DNA of 64,000 nt. Source: Anaeramoeba ignava BMAN (lineage: Eukaryota; Protista; Anaeramoebae). Below, piece by piece: positions 11,986 through 25,062 of this stretch; within the stretch, counting starts at the first letter, position 1; each line of letters begins with the position of its first letter. The notes under the pieces were generated by a model. It saw nothing but the letters and a program-made list of their open reading frames with translations. It had not been told where the DNA came from and ran no database searches. The stretch is taken from assembly GCA_028826165.1 (NCBI GenBank), contig JAPDFW010000057.1, positions 372,001 to 436,000 on the forward strand. Reading direction: 5' to 3'. A program made the position numbers and the translations under genes.

Positions 11986-14900
11986 TTAAATTAAATTTTG
12001 TTTTCGATAAAGATAATCTAATTGAGGATAAAATTCATAATCAACTGGAAAATGTATATCTAACCATCCTTCAATTTTAATTGATTTAAAATCAATCATT
12101 AATTCAATTTTTTCTTCTGAATTTGAATTTGAATTTGATTTTGAATTTTTTGAATTTGAATTTGATTTTGAATTTGATTTTGAATTTAATTTTAGATTTG
12201 AATGTGATTTTGGTTTTGATTTTAATTTAATTTGTATTTGTTTTTTTTCTTGAATTGATGATTGTGTTTTTGTTCTTGATCTTGTTGTTAATTTTCTACT
12301 TCTTTTTGGTTTTGAATTAAATTTTTCAATTTCCTTTTCAGAAATTTTTTCATTAACAAATCTAATTTTAATTTTAAATTCAAACAAAATCATTAAATTA
12401 TTAAATTTTTAAATCATTAAATTTTTAAATTTTACTCATCAGTTGAAAAATTAATTAATAATTGCTTTATTATTTTTGAATTAAGATTTGGAAAAGTTGA
12501 TTTATAATTTCGAGAATCTGAACTTTCAAGAAATTTCCGATTTAAAATTAGTAAATTAAGAGATTCTTTGATCATATTTAAATTTGGTCTTTAAAAGGAA
12601 AAGTAAATAATTTTTTAAATTTTGATTTTAATTTTGATTTTGATTTTAATTTTAATTTTAATTTTGATTTTGATTTTTATTTTGATTTTTAATTTTAATT
12701 TTAATTTTAATTTTAATTTTGAATTTGATTTTGATTTTAATTTTAATTTAAATTTTAATTTTGATTTTAATTTTTGATTTTAATTTGATTTTGATTTTAA
12801 ATTTTAATTTTGATTTTAATTTTAATTTTAATTTTAATTTTGATTTTAATAATTACCTTGATTTTTCAAAATGAAAATTTTTAAACCATTGATCTAATTC
12901 TTGAATCATCATTTTACTTTGCAAAGCATTTCCAAAAGTACAAAGATCTTTATTATTCATTAATTCATTTGTTAAAAATTTACTTATTAAATAAGAAATT
13001 TTTTGGAAGAAAGAATGAATCAAAGAAGAAGGAATTTTATGGAATTGAAGAATTGAATAATTTCTATATAAAATTTGAGTAACATCATTTGGAGAGAAAA
13101 ATTCCTGATCAAGAAGTCTTGATTTTGAAGGCATTTCACTTCTTCTTCTTGTGATTGAAAAGGAAATTTCTGGTCCGAAATCAAGAACATGAATTTGTTG
13201 CAGAAAAGCTTTTGATAATAAAGGTTTGATTTCGGAAAAAAAATACTCAACAATGTATTTTGAAGCTGATTGAAAAAATTCCTTGATTTTTGTTAGTAAA
13301 TTTTGGTTCGGTTTTTTGATGTTTTGAGTAATAAATGCTTGAAGATAAATATGATTGTTCAAAATCCAAAGTAAATCATCAATACTGTTTTTTTTCACAC
13401 CCAAAAGAAGTAAAGAAGAATCGGAAAAAAAGGTGAATATTTTCATTTTGGATTTGTTTTCTAATATCTTCTCATGCTGGAAAAATTTGAATATTAAACA
13501 AGCGCTGAGCGGAATATGATTTTGTAAATATATTTTGTCTCCAAAATAAAATAATCTCTCAATTAGCCATCTTGCTTGATATTCAATTTCGTTTTCTGAG
13601 TGTTTTTTTGTGATGATTTTCTTTGGTTTGTTTTCTGATTCTATTCTCGTTGATTTTCCTTGAGGAATAAATATTTTTGCTTTTTTGGGAATCATAAAAG
13701 ATACTCTTTTTTTTGGTTTTGTTTTAATCATCACTTTTTCATCACTTTTCCCATGATTTTCATTGTTTTCATTGTTTTCATTCTTTGTTTGCATGAATTT
13801 TGTTGATAATGCTCTTCTTTTGGGAAATTTTTTAGGACTTTGAATTTTTTCTACATTTATATCATCTTGAGTGATTTGTTTTAAATTTATACTTAAATTT
13901 GGATCTGATTTTGGTGATTTTTTCTCAACCGTTTCTGCTTCTTTAGATTTTGTTAGTTTTTTATTTTTTTCTTCATCCTTTTCTTTTTCTTCATCTTTTT
14001 CTTTATTATTTAATTGATTTTGAAGGAATATTTTTTCTTGATAAGAAATTTCAAGTAAATCACGCAATTCTTGGATTTCATTTTCCAATTTTTCTTTTGA
14101 AGTATTTAAACTTTCCAAATTATTTTTTAATTTTTGGAATTCATTGAAATTGATTGAAATTTTTTCCATTCCAATTTTTTGATTTTCTAATTGATTTTCT
14201 AATTGATTTTCTAAATTATTTTCTAAATTATTTTCTAATTGATTTTCTAATTGATTTTCATTTTCATTTTCTAAATTATTTTCTAAATCATTTTCTAAAT
14301 TATTTTCTAAATGATTTTCATCTTCATTTTCATCTTCATTTTCATATTCAGATTCATATTCAGATTCATCTCCATTAAAAAATAATCGATCTTCAAGTTT
14401 TTTTTTATCAATTAATAAATCTTCAACTGTTTTTGTTAACTTATCATTTTCTTCTTTTAATTCATTTAAAAGATCCAAATTCATATTTGAATTCTAAATT
14501 GAAGAAAAAAAGTTTTAAATTTTAAATAAATAAATTCTTTTTAATTTGATTTGATTTTGATTTTTGTTTACTAATTGTTTTAATTCTTCAATTTGTTTCT
14601 TAAGTTGAATATTTTCAATTTGATAATCAACATTTGTAGAATATTTTTCTAAATTTTTTTTAAGTACAAGATCTTGTTCTTTTAAAAATTCATTTGAATC
14701 AGTTAAATTTTCATCTTTTTCAGATATTTTTCTTTGAAGTGAATTTATTTTTAAATCACGAATACTAATCATTAAATTAAGTGACTATTTTATTAAGAAA
14801 AATTAAATTTGAAATGAATTTAATTTTAATTTGAAAATATTTTGGATTTAATACTTGAATAACTTCTTCTTTTTTTCTAAATAATTTTCGAATTTTATCA

Positions 14901-17226
14901 ATAAAATTATGTTCTTCTTGAAGTTTTGTTTCTAATTCAGAATTACGTTTCATTTGTTGAGAAAATAATTCTTCTAATTCTTTAATTCTTTTTTTTTGTT
15001 CTTCAATAATTTTGTTAAGTTCTTGTGAATTTTTATCTTGAGGAATTGTTTCTGTATATGAAGAGTTTTGATATTCTTTCATAATTTTAATTTTGATTTT
15101 AATTTTAATTTTTGATTTAAATATTTAATTTTGATTTAATTTTAATATTTGATTTAATTTTGATTTGATTTTAATATTTGATTTTATTTTGATTTAAATA
15201 TTTGATTTAAATATTTGATTTAAATTAAATATTGATTTAATTTTGATTTAATTTTGATTTTAATATTGATTTTGATATTGATTTTGATATTGATTTAATT
15301 TTGATTTTGATTTGGATTTAATTTAAAATATTTGATTTAAATATTTGATTTAATTTTGATTTTAATTTAAATATTTGATTTTAATATTTGATTTAATTTT
15401 GATTTTAATTTAAATATTTGATTTAAATATTTGATTTAATTTTGATTTTAATTTAAATATTTGATTTTAATATTTGATTTTAATATTTGATTTCAAAAAA
15501 TATACTCGCAAGTTGTAATCTTAATCTTTTAATTTCTCTTTTTAATTCAGCAACAGATCCAGTTGTAGATTCATTAATCATAGATTTATTCTTAATTTGT
15601 TTAGCTCTTTCAGCAAAAGTAAGAGTAGAATAAGTTTCACCAAAAGATCTTTTTGAAGCAGAAACATTACAAATGATCCAAGTTTTATTATTCCCACCAA
15701 GAGAATCCTTGAGAAAAAAAGTTAACTTTGAATCACGATAAGGAACATGTCTTTTTTTTCCATTACAAACTTCTACAAGAGCAGCAATAACATTACCCAA
15801 AGCAGACAAAGAGCGATTAATCTTACCAGCTTCCTTAAGCCTCACTCCAGTAGTCTTAGTGAGTTTTTGTCTTTCAGAACCGGCAAGATCAACGAGATTT
15901 AATCGCGAAGTTCTTGTGCGAATTATTCCGTTAATTGTCACTTCTTTTCGCTCCAAAACCATCACAAAACAACTGTGTGATCTGGAGCTATCGGGATTAA
16001 GACTTGTGGCGCCAACAACGCGGTTCGCCGAGCCAAGTTCAATAACTTCGAAAATTTGTTCTGGACTTGTTACAATGATTTCTTGCACTCCATCAACATA
16101 TGTTCCTCCTAAAATATCTTCCTTGATTTGTAAATGATGCGAAGTAGGGTTAATCAAATCGGAAATGATTTCGTTGTATATCTGCAAATAATAGCACTTT
16201 AAAACAAAACTCAATTCGGCTTTTTTTGTGTCTTCATTTTGAGAAAATTTTTCTTTTTCGTTTTTAATCAAGGAAAAAATGAATGAAACCATCCTTGGAA
16301 TTAACCCTCTAGACTTCACCATATCGCGGTCTCGAGACAGTAAATCAATCCCAGGCGGTCCTGTCATCGTGTATGTCTTACCCGAGGCGGTTTGTCCATA
16401 CGCGAATATTGTTCCGTGATAACCTTGAACAAATGACTCACAAATTGATTTTCCTGTTTTATTAAATACTTCTTCTTGTGTTGTTTCTGGTCCTCCGATA
16501 AAGTCAAATCTGAAATACTTCGGTGGTGTGCTTGATAATGTTATGCTTCCTCTTTCCTTTTCCATACTCAGACAACTTTCTTCATTGTTGTCTTCTTCCC
16601 CAATTTTTAATGGTCTAATTCTTAAGAAAATTTGAATGTTATTTTTTGTTGATATTTTTGTTGGTGTTTTTTCTTTTGGTTCATTTGATTCTTTTTCTGT
16701 GATTATTTCTTCTACTTTTGGAGATCTTATATACATTTTTTTTAATATTTTTAATTTTAATTTTGATTTTAATTTTGAATTTTAATATTAATTTTAATTT
16801 TAATTTTAATTTTGATTTTAATTTTAATTTTAATTTTAATTTTGAATTTTAATATTGATTTTAATTTTGAATTTTAATTTTAATTTTAATTTTAATTTTA
16901 ATTTTAATTTTGATTTTGATTTTGATTTTAATTTTAATTTTAATTTTGATTTTAATTTTAATTTCAATTTTAATTTGAATTTTAAATTTAATTTTGATTT
17001 TAATTTTAATTTTAATTTTAATTTCAATTTTAATTTTAATTTTAATTTTAATTTTAATTTTGATTTTAATTTTAATTTTAAATTTAATATTGATTTTAAT
17101 TTTTAATTTCAAAATGAATTTTAAATTTAATTTTAATTTTAATATTGATTTTGAATTTAATTTTAATTTTGATTACGCAAGATTTGGCATCGTTAATCCT
17201 CTTTTCATTTTTCTTAGATGAGTCAT
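11986..17226 (-). CDS. Kinesin motor (kinesin-12/KIF15-like) + coiled coil + C-terminal Dilute (DIL) domain, ~1289 aa
   Basis: Exons 17226-17177, 16725-15506, 15075-14855, 14784-14572, 14493-12857, 12588-12436, 12361-11986. All six introns are GT-AG and phase-compatible; total 3870 nt. Motor motifs: GQTASGKT, SSRSH, DLAGSE, HVPYRDSKLT. DIL-like: FFQKISYLISKFLTNELM...LCTFGNALQSKMMIQELDQWF...FPNLNSKIIKQLLINFSTDEF. Confidence 0.88.
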
Positions 17227-17305
17227 CTTAAAAATATATATAAATTTAAATATAGAAATGAAAATGAAAAAAAAATGAAAAAAATGAAAAATTTTTTTTT
17301 CCATT

Positions 17306-17851
17306 TTATTTTTTCCCAATTTTCTCAATCATTTTTTTCCAAAAATTCAAAATAAAATCTTCTTTAAATTCATAATCAATTACATGAAGAAATAAACGGA
17401 AAATTAAAGCAAAAACAAAAATTTTAAAAATTAAAACAATAAGTTTAAAAACTGGAGAAAATAATTTTTTAACTTTTGAAACTGGTTTAATTTTTAAAAA
17501 CAATTCTTCAGATTCTAATTGTTTTTTCTGTTTTTCCAATTCAAAAATTTGAGAATTTAATTTTTTAATAATTTTTTGATTTCCTTCAATATTTTGTTGT
17601 AAATTTTGAATTTCTTCTTGATAATTTTTAACTTGTTGTGATAATTTTTTTGCAAAATTCGCATCAAAAACAAATTCTTGTAAAATTTTTGTTAAATCTT
17701 GATAACAAATTCTAAATAATAAAAATTAAATTAAAATTTTTATTTTTTTTTTTTTATTTTTATATTTTTACTTTGAATCAGTTTGTATTTTATCTAAATC
17801 TTCTTTAAAACTTTTAAGTTCTTTTATCATTTCTGGAAGTGCATTTTCCAT
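17306..17851 (-). CDS. Small coiled-coil protein with C-terminal transmembrane segment
   Basis: Exons 17851-17772 and 17711-17306 (intron 17771-17712); MENALPEMIKEL..., heptad-rich, hydrophobic LIVLIFKIFVFALIFRLFL near the C-terminus. Confidence 0.7.
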
Positions 17852-17960
17852 TTTTTATATATTTTTTAAAAAAAAGAAATACAAAAAAAATAAAAAAATG
17901 AAATTTAAAATTTATTTTTTTAACGAAATTTTTTTCATTTTTTTTCTTTTTATTAAAATT

Positions 17961-18726
17961 ATGTCAGAAAATTTTGAAACAATTTTTGAATTTTGTTTAA
18001 AAAATGATTTAAAATCAATTGAAAATTTTATTTCAAAAGGAGGTTCAATAAATATACAAGATAAAGTTAGAAAAAAAATTAAATTAAAAAAATTAAAAAT
18101 AAAAAATTAAATTCAATAAAATTTAGTTTGTAATTTTAATTTAAAAAAAAAACAAAAGAATTTAAATTAAAAATCAAAACAAAAAAAAAACAGGGAAATA
18201 CTCTTTTACATATTTCTTCTCAAAATGGATTTATTGATATTGTTAAATTTCTTATTAATCATCAAGCAGATCTTTCAATAAGAAATAATGTAAATGATTT
18301 ATAATTATTTCTTATTAGCAAAAATGGATATAATAATTAAGAAATTTTTCTATTTTTCAAAAAAAAAAAGGAAGTAAAAATTTTTATCAATTTAAAATAA
18401 AGAAAATAATAAAATTATTATTATAATAATTTAGGGACAAACTGTTATAGATATTGCAAAAAAATTTAATCAAAAAGAAATATTAAAAGAACTTCTTAAT
18501 AAAACACTTTCAAATAATTTAAAAAAATAATAATAAAAAATTATTAATTACTCCTTCTATTCCTGATAGAAAAACTGATTGGTCAATTCATTTAATTGAT
18601 GTTTTTGATGATTTTAGATCAAAAGATGAAACAAAACAAATCAAAAAGAATACTTTAATTAATTTGGTTTGTTTTTCTTCAATTTGTTTAATTTGTGAAA
18701 CATTTTATTTTCTAAATAAAAATTAA
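17961..18726 (+). CDS. Small ankyrin-repeat protein with hydrophobic C-terminus; probable 3-nt microexons
   Basis: Exons 17961-18065, [18127-18129], 18194-18289, [18371-18373], 18435-~18726. Ankyrin motifs GGSINIQDK-F-GNTLLHISS and ADLSIRNN-E-GQTVIDIA. Confidence 0.8.
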
Positions 18727-18917
18727 AAAATAAAAATTAAAAAGAAAGAAAAAAGAACTTTATTAATTGAATTTCTAAAATGAATTGATTTAAAAGAATT
18801 TAATCATAAAAACTGTTTTGGAAATGAAAAAAAAAGAGATGAAAAATTTGAGGAAATAAAAGGTTGAATTTAAAAAGATTGAATTAGAAAAATTTTGATA
18901 AAGATTTCTTATGGATT

Positions 18918-21900
18918 TTAGTTTTTAAGAGGGAATAATTTAGTAATAACACCAACAGCAATAGTTTTTCCTAATTTTTCAATGAAATCAAAAAGAAGAT
19001 TTTTTAAATTAAATTAAATTAAATTGATTTTGAAATGATAAAATTAATTTATACCTTCATCTCGCAACATAAAACGACCAAATTGAGGGAAAGATTTATA
19101 TGTTTCAACAGAAATAGGATTTGGAAGAAATAATCTAACAACAGCAGAATCACCAGTTCGAATAAATTGAGGTTTTTTTTGAATCACTTTTTGGGTTTTT
19201 TTATCAACAGTTGCCAATAATTTTCCAAATGCGCATTCGATTACAAGAGAATGAATGTGCATTACGCATTTATATCCTGGTGATATAATTGATTTATGAT
19301 CAAGAATAATTGTTTGTGCAAGGAATGATTGTGCAACTGATACTGGATTTTCATAATCACAAATAACAAATCCAACTGAAATATCTTCTTCATTTACTCC
19401 TCTAAGTCTCATTTTAACATTATCTCCTGGTTCAGCTTTATGAATTCTTGTTGATTCAATTGAAATTGTTAAAATTTCAACTGGAATCTTTTAATTTTAA
19501 AATGAATTTTAATTAAATTTTAATTTTAAAATGAATTTTAATTTTAATTTTAAAATGAATTTTAATTTTAATTTTAATTTTAAAATAATTTCTATACTTT
19601 GGGAGGCATTAAAAGTAAAATATCTCCTTTAGAAACAGTTCCTGATTCAATTTTACCATGAATTACTGTTCCTTTTTCTCTATATCTATCAATAATTGAC
19701 ATACGAAATGGAAGTTGAAAAAGTTGTTCTGGAGGTTGAATTTGATCAATATATTCTAAAAGAGTAGGTCCAGTATACCTTTTAAAATAAATATTAAATT
19801 ATTAAAATAAATATTTAAAATAAAATATTAAAATAAATATTAAATTAAATATTAAAATAAATATTTAAATAAATATTAAAATAAATATTAAAATAAAAAA
19901 ATAAAATATTAAAATTAAAATAAATATTAAAATAAATATTAAAATAAATATTAAAATAAATATTAAAAATTAAATATTAAAATAAATATTAAATTAAATA
20001 TTAAAATAAATATTAAAATAAATATTAAAATAAATATTAAATTAAATATTAAAATAAATATTAAAAATAAATATTGAAATGAATATTAAAATAAATATAT
20101 TAAAAAATATTAAAATAAATATTAAAATAAATATTAAAAATAAATATTAAAAATAAATATTAAAAATAAATATTAAAAATAAATATTAAAATAAATTAAA
20201 TATTAAAATAAATATTAAAATAAAATTAAATAAAAATAAATATTAAAAAAAATTAAAATATTAAAATAAATATGGAAAAAATAAAAAAAATTAAAAAAAA
20301 AAATAAATATTAAAAAAATTAAAAATAAAATTAAAATAAATATTAAAATAAATATTTAAATATTAAAAATAAAAATAAATATTAAAATAAATATTAAAAT
20401 AAATATTAAATATAAAAATAAATATTAAAATAAATATTATTAAAATTAAAAAAATAAAATAAAAATAAATATTAAAAATAAATATTAAAATAAATATTAA
20501 AAATAAATTAAAAAAAATATTAAAATAAATATTAAAATAAAATAAAATAAATAAAAATAAATATTAAAATAAATATAAAATTAAAATAAAAAATATTAAA
20601 ATAAATATTAAAAATAAATATTTAAATAAAATAAAATAAATATTAAAAATAAATATTAAATTATTAAAATATTCAAATAAAATTAAAATAAATATTAAAA
20701 TAAAATAAAATAAATATTGAAATAAATATTAAAATAAATATTAAATTAAATATTAAATTAAATATTAAAATAAATATTAAAATAAATATTAAAATAAATA
20801 TTAAAATAAATATTAAAATAAATATTAAAATAAATATTAAAATAAATATTAAAATAAATATTAAAATAAATACCAAGTGCAAAAACCTTCTGGAAAACGA
20901 TCCTTAATATTATATCCTTTAATTCCAGAAACTGGAAGAAAATGTACACTTGTTTTTGCATATCCAACTTGTTTTAAAAAAGGAGTTAATTTTGATAAAC
21001 ATTCATTGTATCTTTTTTCACTGAATTTAACAGTTGGTTCATCCATTTTATTTATAGCTACAATAATTCTTTTAACTCCTGCAGTTTTTACTAAAAGTGC
21101 ATGTTCTCTTGTTTGTCCTCCTTTTTCAAAACCTGTTTCAAATTCTCCTTTTCTTGCAGAAATAACTAAAACAGCAATATCAGCTTGAGAAGCTCCTCCA
21201 ATCACTAATAAATAAATATAAATAAATATATTTTTGATTTTAAATATATTTTGAATTTAAATATTTTTGAATTTAAATATTTTTGATTTTTATATTTTGA
21301 ATATATTTTTTTTGAATTTGAATAAAATTTTGAATTTAAATAATTTGGAATTTAAAAAAATTTAAATAATAGAATTTAAATATTTTTGAATTTTATATTT
21401 TTGAATTTATATATATTTTTGAATTTAAATATTTTTGAATTTAAATAATTTTTGGAATTTAAAAATAATTTGAATGGAATTTAAATATAATTTTGAATTT
21501 AAATATATTTTTGATTTTTAAATATTTTCGATTTTATTTTTGATTTTAAATATTTTTGGAATTTCGATTTTAAATATTTGGAATTTTTAAATATTTGGAA
21601 TTTAAAATATATTTGAATATAATTTTAAATATATTTAAATATATTTTGAATTTAAATATATTTTTGAATTTAAATATATTTTGAATTTAAAATAATTTGG
21701 AATTTAAATATTTTTGAATTTAAATATTTTTGAATTTAATTTATATTTTTGGAATTTAAATATATTTGGAATTTAAATATTTTGGAATTTGAATATATTT
21801 GGAATTTAAATAAATATATTTGAATTTAAATATATAATTTTTGATTTAAAAATATATTTGGAAATTTTAAATATTTTTGGAATTTAAATATTTTTAATTT

Positions 21901-23349
21901 TAAATATATTTTGATTTTAAATATTTGGAATTTAAATATATTTTGAATTTAAATATATTTTTTGAATTTGAATAATTTGGAATTTAAATATAATTTTTAG
22001 TTTTTAAATATATTTTTGGATTTAAATATATTTTTGATTTTAAATATATTTTTGAATTTAAATATATTTTTGAATTTTAAATATTTTCGATTTTAAATAT
22101 AATTTGAATTTAAATAAATATATTTGGAATTTAAATATATTTTGATTTAAATATTTGGAATTTAAATATTTTTGATTTAAATATTTGAAATTTAAATATA
22201 TTTTGAATTTAAATATATTTTGATTTAAATATATTTTGAATTTGAATATATTTTTGGAATTTAAATATTTTTCGATTTTAAATATAATTTGAATTTAAAT
22301 AAATATATTTGGAATTTAAATATATTTTTGATTTTAAATATATTTTTGGAAATTTAAATATATTTTGATTTAAATATTTGGAATTTAAATATAATTTGGA
22401 ATTTAAATATATTTTCTGGTTGTATAATGTTAATTAATATAATATAAAGTACTATGAGGAACAAATGCTTTATGTCCTGGAGCATCAAGAATAGTAACTT
22501 TTTTATGTTCAGTTTCAAAATATCCAGTTCCAACTTCTTCAGTTTTTCCCTTTAGAAAAAATAAATTTTTTATATTAAAAATAAATTTATCATCAAAAAT
22601 AAATCTGATTTACTTATTCTCTTTTCAATTTTATATTTTGATTTAAATCAAAATCAAAAAGCCCAATTTTTCGATTTTTGTTTTGCTTCATGTTCATTTT
22701 CTCAAGGACTCTTTTGATAATCTACCAGTTGAATTTACATAATTTGACTGGTTGTATAACCAATTGTACTTTTTCCAGCATCTAATTGGAAATAATTTTA
22801 ATTTTAATTTTAATTAATTTTAATTTTAATTTTAATTCTAATTTTGAATTTAATTTTAATTTTAATTTTAATTTTAATTAATTTTAATTTTAATTAATTT
22901 TAATTTTAATTTTAATTTTAATTTTAATTTTAATTTTAATTTTAATTTTAATTTTAATTTTGGTTTTAATTTTAATTTTAATTTTAATTTTGATTTTGAT
23001 TTTGATTTTAATTTTAATTTTAATTTTAATTTTAATTGGAAATTTGAAAAGGATGTTAAAAGGAGCTTTAAAACTTACCAACATGACCAATAAAAACAAT
23101 ATTAATATGTCTTTTTAATGGACCTTTTTGTTCAGATTCATCTTCAGAATCATCAGAATTTTCATCATCATCAAATTGATCTTCATCTTTATCTTCTTTA
23201 ATTTCTTTAATTTCTTTAATTTCTTTAATTTCTTCTTTAATTTCTTTAATTTCTTTAATTTCTTTATTTTCTTCTTTATTTTCTGTGTTTTCGTTAATTT
23301 CTTCCTTTTCCTTTTCTTGAATTTCTTGTTTTTGATTATTATCTGTCAT
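18918..23349 (-). CDS. eRF3: Eukaryotic peptide chain release factor 3 (translational GTPase); exon 2 corrupted in this sequence
   Basis: Exons 23349-23079, 22781-~22614 (garbled), 22549-22453, 21204-20874, 19778-19598, 19487-19055, 18970-18918. Motifs HINIVFIGHV-DAGKST, GKTEEVG, TILDAPGH, MIGGASQAD, ISARKGEFETGFEKGGQTREH, INKMD, GRFMLRDEGKTIAVG. Confidence 0.92.
19779..20873 (-). repeat. eRF3 intron made of a 12-bp (AAAATAAATATT)n repeat
   Basis: Tandem 12-mer, clean at 20760-20870 and degenerate elsewhere. Confidence 0.85.
21205..22452 (-). repeat. eRF3 intron made of a degenerate ~18-bp (TTTGAATTTAAATATATT)n repeat
   Basis: Visible tandem units between the splice sites. Confidence 0.85.
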
Positions 23350-23499
23350 TTAAAATTGAATTGGAAAAAAATGAAAAAAAATTTTTTTAATTGAAAAATT
23401 TAATTAAAAAAATAAAAATAAAAAAATGAATGAAGTGACGTGATCGTTTTATTTATTATTTTTTTTTTAATTAAAAGTAATGACGTCATTGATTTATTA

Positions 23500-24920
23500 A
23501 TTTTTTAATTAATTTTTTAAATAAATTTAAATTAATAAGTAATAATTATTTAATTTAGAAATTATTTTAAAATTTAATAAATAATTAAAATATTTATAAT
23601 AAATTATATAAAATATATTTAGAAATTGATATAATATTAAATAAAATATTTTGGAAAATTAATTTAATAATTTTTAATTAATTTTTAAATAAATTTAAAT
23701 AAATAAATAATAATTATTTAATTTAGAAATTATTTTAAAATTTAATGAATAGTTAAAATATTTATAATAAATTATATAAAATAGATTTATAAATTGATAT
23801 AATATTTAATAAAATATTTTGGAAAATTGATTTAATAATTTTTAATTAATTTTTAAATAAATTAGGATAAATAAATAATAATTATTCAATTTGGGAAAAT
23901 TATTTTAAAATTTAATAAATAATTAAAATATTTATAATAAATTATATAAAATAGATTTAAAAATTGATATAATATTTAATAAAATATTTTGGAAAATTGA
24001 TTTAATAATTTTTTTAATTAATTTTTTAAATAAATTTAAATAAATAAATAATAATTATTTAATTTAGAAATTATTTTAAAATTTAATAAATAATTAAAAT
24101 ATTTATAATAAATTATATAAAATAGACTTAAAAATTGATATAATATTTAATAAAATATTTTGGAAAATTAATTTAATAATTTTTAATTAATTTTTAAATA
24201 AATTTAAATTAATAAGTAATAATTATTCAATTTGGAAAATATTTTAAAATTTAATGAATAGTTAAAATATTTATAATAAATTATATAAAATAGACTTAAA
24301 AATTGATATAATATTAAATAAAATATTTTGGAAAATTGATTTAATAATTTTTAATTAATTTTTAAATAAATTAGGATAAATAAATAATAATTATTTAATT
24401 TAGAAATTATTTTAAAATTTAATAAATAATTAAAATATTTATAATAAATTATATAAAATAGACTTAAAAATTGATATAATATTAAATAAAATATTTTGGA
24501 AAATTGATTTAATAATTTTTAATTAATTTTTAAATAAATTTAAATTAAATAAATAATAATTATTCAATTTGGAAAATTATTTTAAAATTTAATAAATAAT
24601 TAAAATATTTATAATAAATTATATAAAATAGACTTAAAAATTGATATAATATTTAATAAAATATTTTGGAAAATTAATTTAATAATTTTTTAATTAATTT
24701 TTTAAATAAATTTAAATAAATAAATAATAATTATTCAATTTGGAAATTATTTTAAAATTTAATAAATAATTAAAATATTTATAATAAATTATATAAAATA
24801 GACTTAGAAATTGATATAATATTTAATAAAATATTTTGGAAAATTAATTTATTAATTTTTTAATTAATTTTTTAAATAAATTGGAATTAATAAATAATAA
24901 TTATTCAATTTAGAAATTCT
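23500..24920. repeat. Tandem satellite, ~170-bp unit, ~8 copies
   Basis: Anchor AAATTATATAAAATA recurs at ~23601, 23769, 23939, 24110, 24279, 24447, 24616, 24787. Confidence 0.9.
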
Positions 24921-25062
24921 TTAAAAAAGTTGGAATGAAAAAGAATAAATTCTAAAAGTAAATTGGAATAAAAGGAGAATTATTTGCTTTTTTAAAAAAA
25001 AAAATAGGGAAAAAAAAGAAAAAAAAAATTTCATTTTCATTTTAACCAAGCCAAAAAAAAAG

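Noticed and set aside
14765-14854. Non-canonical or U12 intron in the kinesin gene
   Set aside because: A standard TAG acceptor at 14785 restores the frame; no RTATCCTT donors were noticed in the window.
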